A stretch of 60,271 bases of DNA, counting the filler, from Sphacelaria rigidula (lineage: Eukaryota), in NCBI GenBank assembly GCA_964200075.2. It is 10 parts of 10 records of this genome, joined end to end, with 100 filler letters (N's around TTAATTAATTAA, not from the genome) between each part and the next. Parts side by side here need not be neighbours in the genome. Positions count along the whole stretch, not along the records: positions 54,335 to 60,271 come from CAXNAA020023347.1; 9 more parts are not named here. One strand, written 5' to 3'. Positions within the stretch are counted from its first letter, which is position 1. Every line of letters starts with the position of its first letter. This document shows positions 59,650-60,271 of the stretch, piece after piece. The notes under the pieces were generated by a model. The model saw nothing but the letters and a program-made list of their open reading frames with translations. It had not been told where the DNA came from and made no database searches. Both the position numbers and the translations under genes were made by a program.

Positions 59650-59835
59650 ACTTAACCCTTTTGGCACCCTCCCCTCCCGTCCCCGGACCAGACGCCTCAT
59701 TATGAGACGCCCTAACAAAGAAGAAAATATGGAAACAGAAAAGACCGACGGCAATCACTTTTGCTGTGTCATGGATGTACCGAAAATGAAACCCCGGAGC
59801 GGTCGGGTTGGGTTTGTCCAACGATATCACGCGAC
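59650..59835 (+). repeat. Dispersed repeat, homologous to 43860-44070
   Basis: Direct sequence similarity, also visible as the similar spurious peptides [10 protein letters not shown] and METEKTDGNH. Confidence 0.8.
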
Positions 59836-60271
59836 GGGCGAAGTGTGTTCAACTGTGTGCATCGACGAAACTCTCGCAAAACAGTGCAAACTCCTACACA
59901 TGTGATTTTTGTCAGTAGAATCTGTGAAATACGTCCACGGCATGAGTTTACCCTTGACATAAGCTGAAAATATCATCATCACACACAGTACAGAGGAGTA
60001 GGTGAGCACATCCCCACAGGGCATGACGGTGACTGGCGAATACAGACAGTAGACGGGGGCATAAGTGAGGAAGATGTGCCGTCGGTTTCGCCTTTGTTAC
60101 TTCAACTTAGGCGCAAGCTTGCTATGATGCGGTGCAAAGCATCTACTGCAGGTGCGGCGTGAAGGTTGCTTCACGGAGAGTCAGCCGTGCACTCTGGCCG
60201 GGGTTACAAAACACCGACGGGTCGAACAATTCGTCATACCCGTAAAATAGAGAACGTTCGAACCTTCTTTT

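Overview
Eukaryotic, intron-rich, repeat-rich DNA, most likely from a brown alga (Phaeophyceae, stramenopile). That call is inferred from an EsV-1-7 repeat gene, short GC3-rich exons in kb-sized introns and stramenopile-type protein motifs. The window is not one locus. It is ten unrelated contigs (one of 5938 bp, nine of 5937 bp) joined by identical 100-nt spacers (44 N + TTAATTAATTAA + 44 N), so nothing can be inferred across spacers. Host genes rebuilt by hand from GT-AG exons with consistent phase: a P-domain/F-type-lectin/'EVQ'-module protein (contig 1), an intronless EsV-1-7 repeat protein (contig 2), a secreted RxLQ pro-protein (contig 3), a multi-pass membrane protein (contig 4), MOCS3/UBA4 (contig 8) and a DUF4239/bestrophin-like protein (contig 9). 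Mobile DNA includes a Ty3/gypsy element with both LTRs and a chromodomain but no RT core (inserted into a foldback MITE), a second gypsy gag-protease, an integrase relic, a probable DIRS relic, tRNA-derived SINEs and several MITE families. I found no clearly new multi-gene system. The most unusual signals are an exactly compensating +7/-7 frameshift pair in the EsV-1-7 gene, an F-lectin domain apparently split by an EVQ module, and nested TE structures whose empty sites can be read from the window itself.
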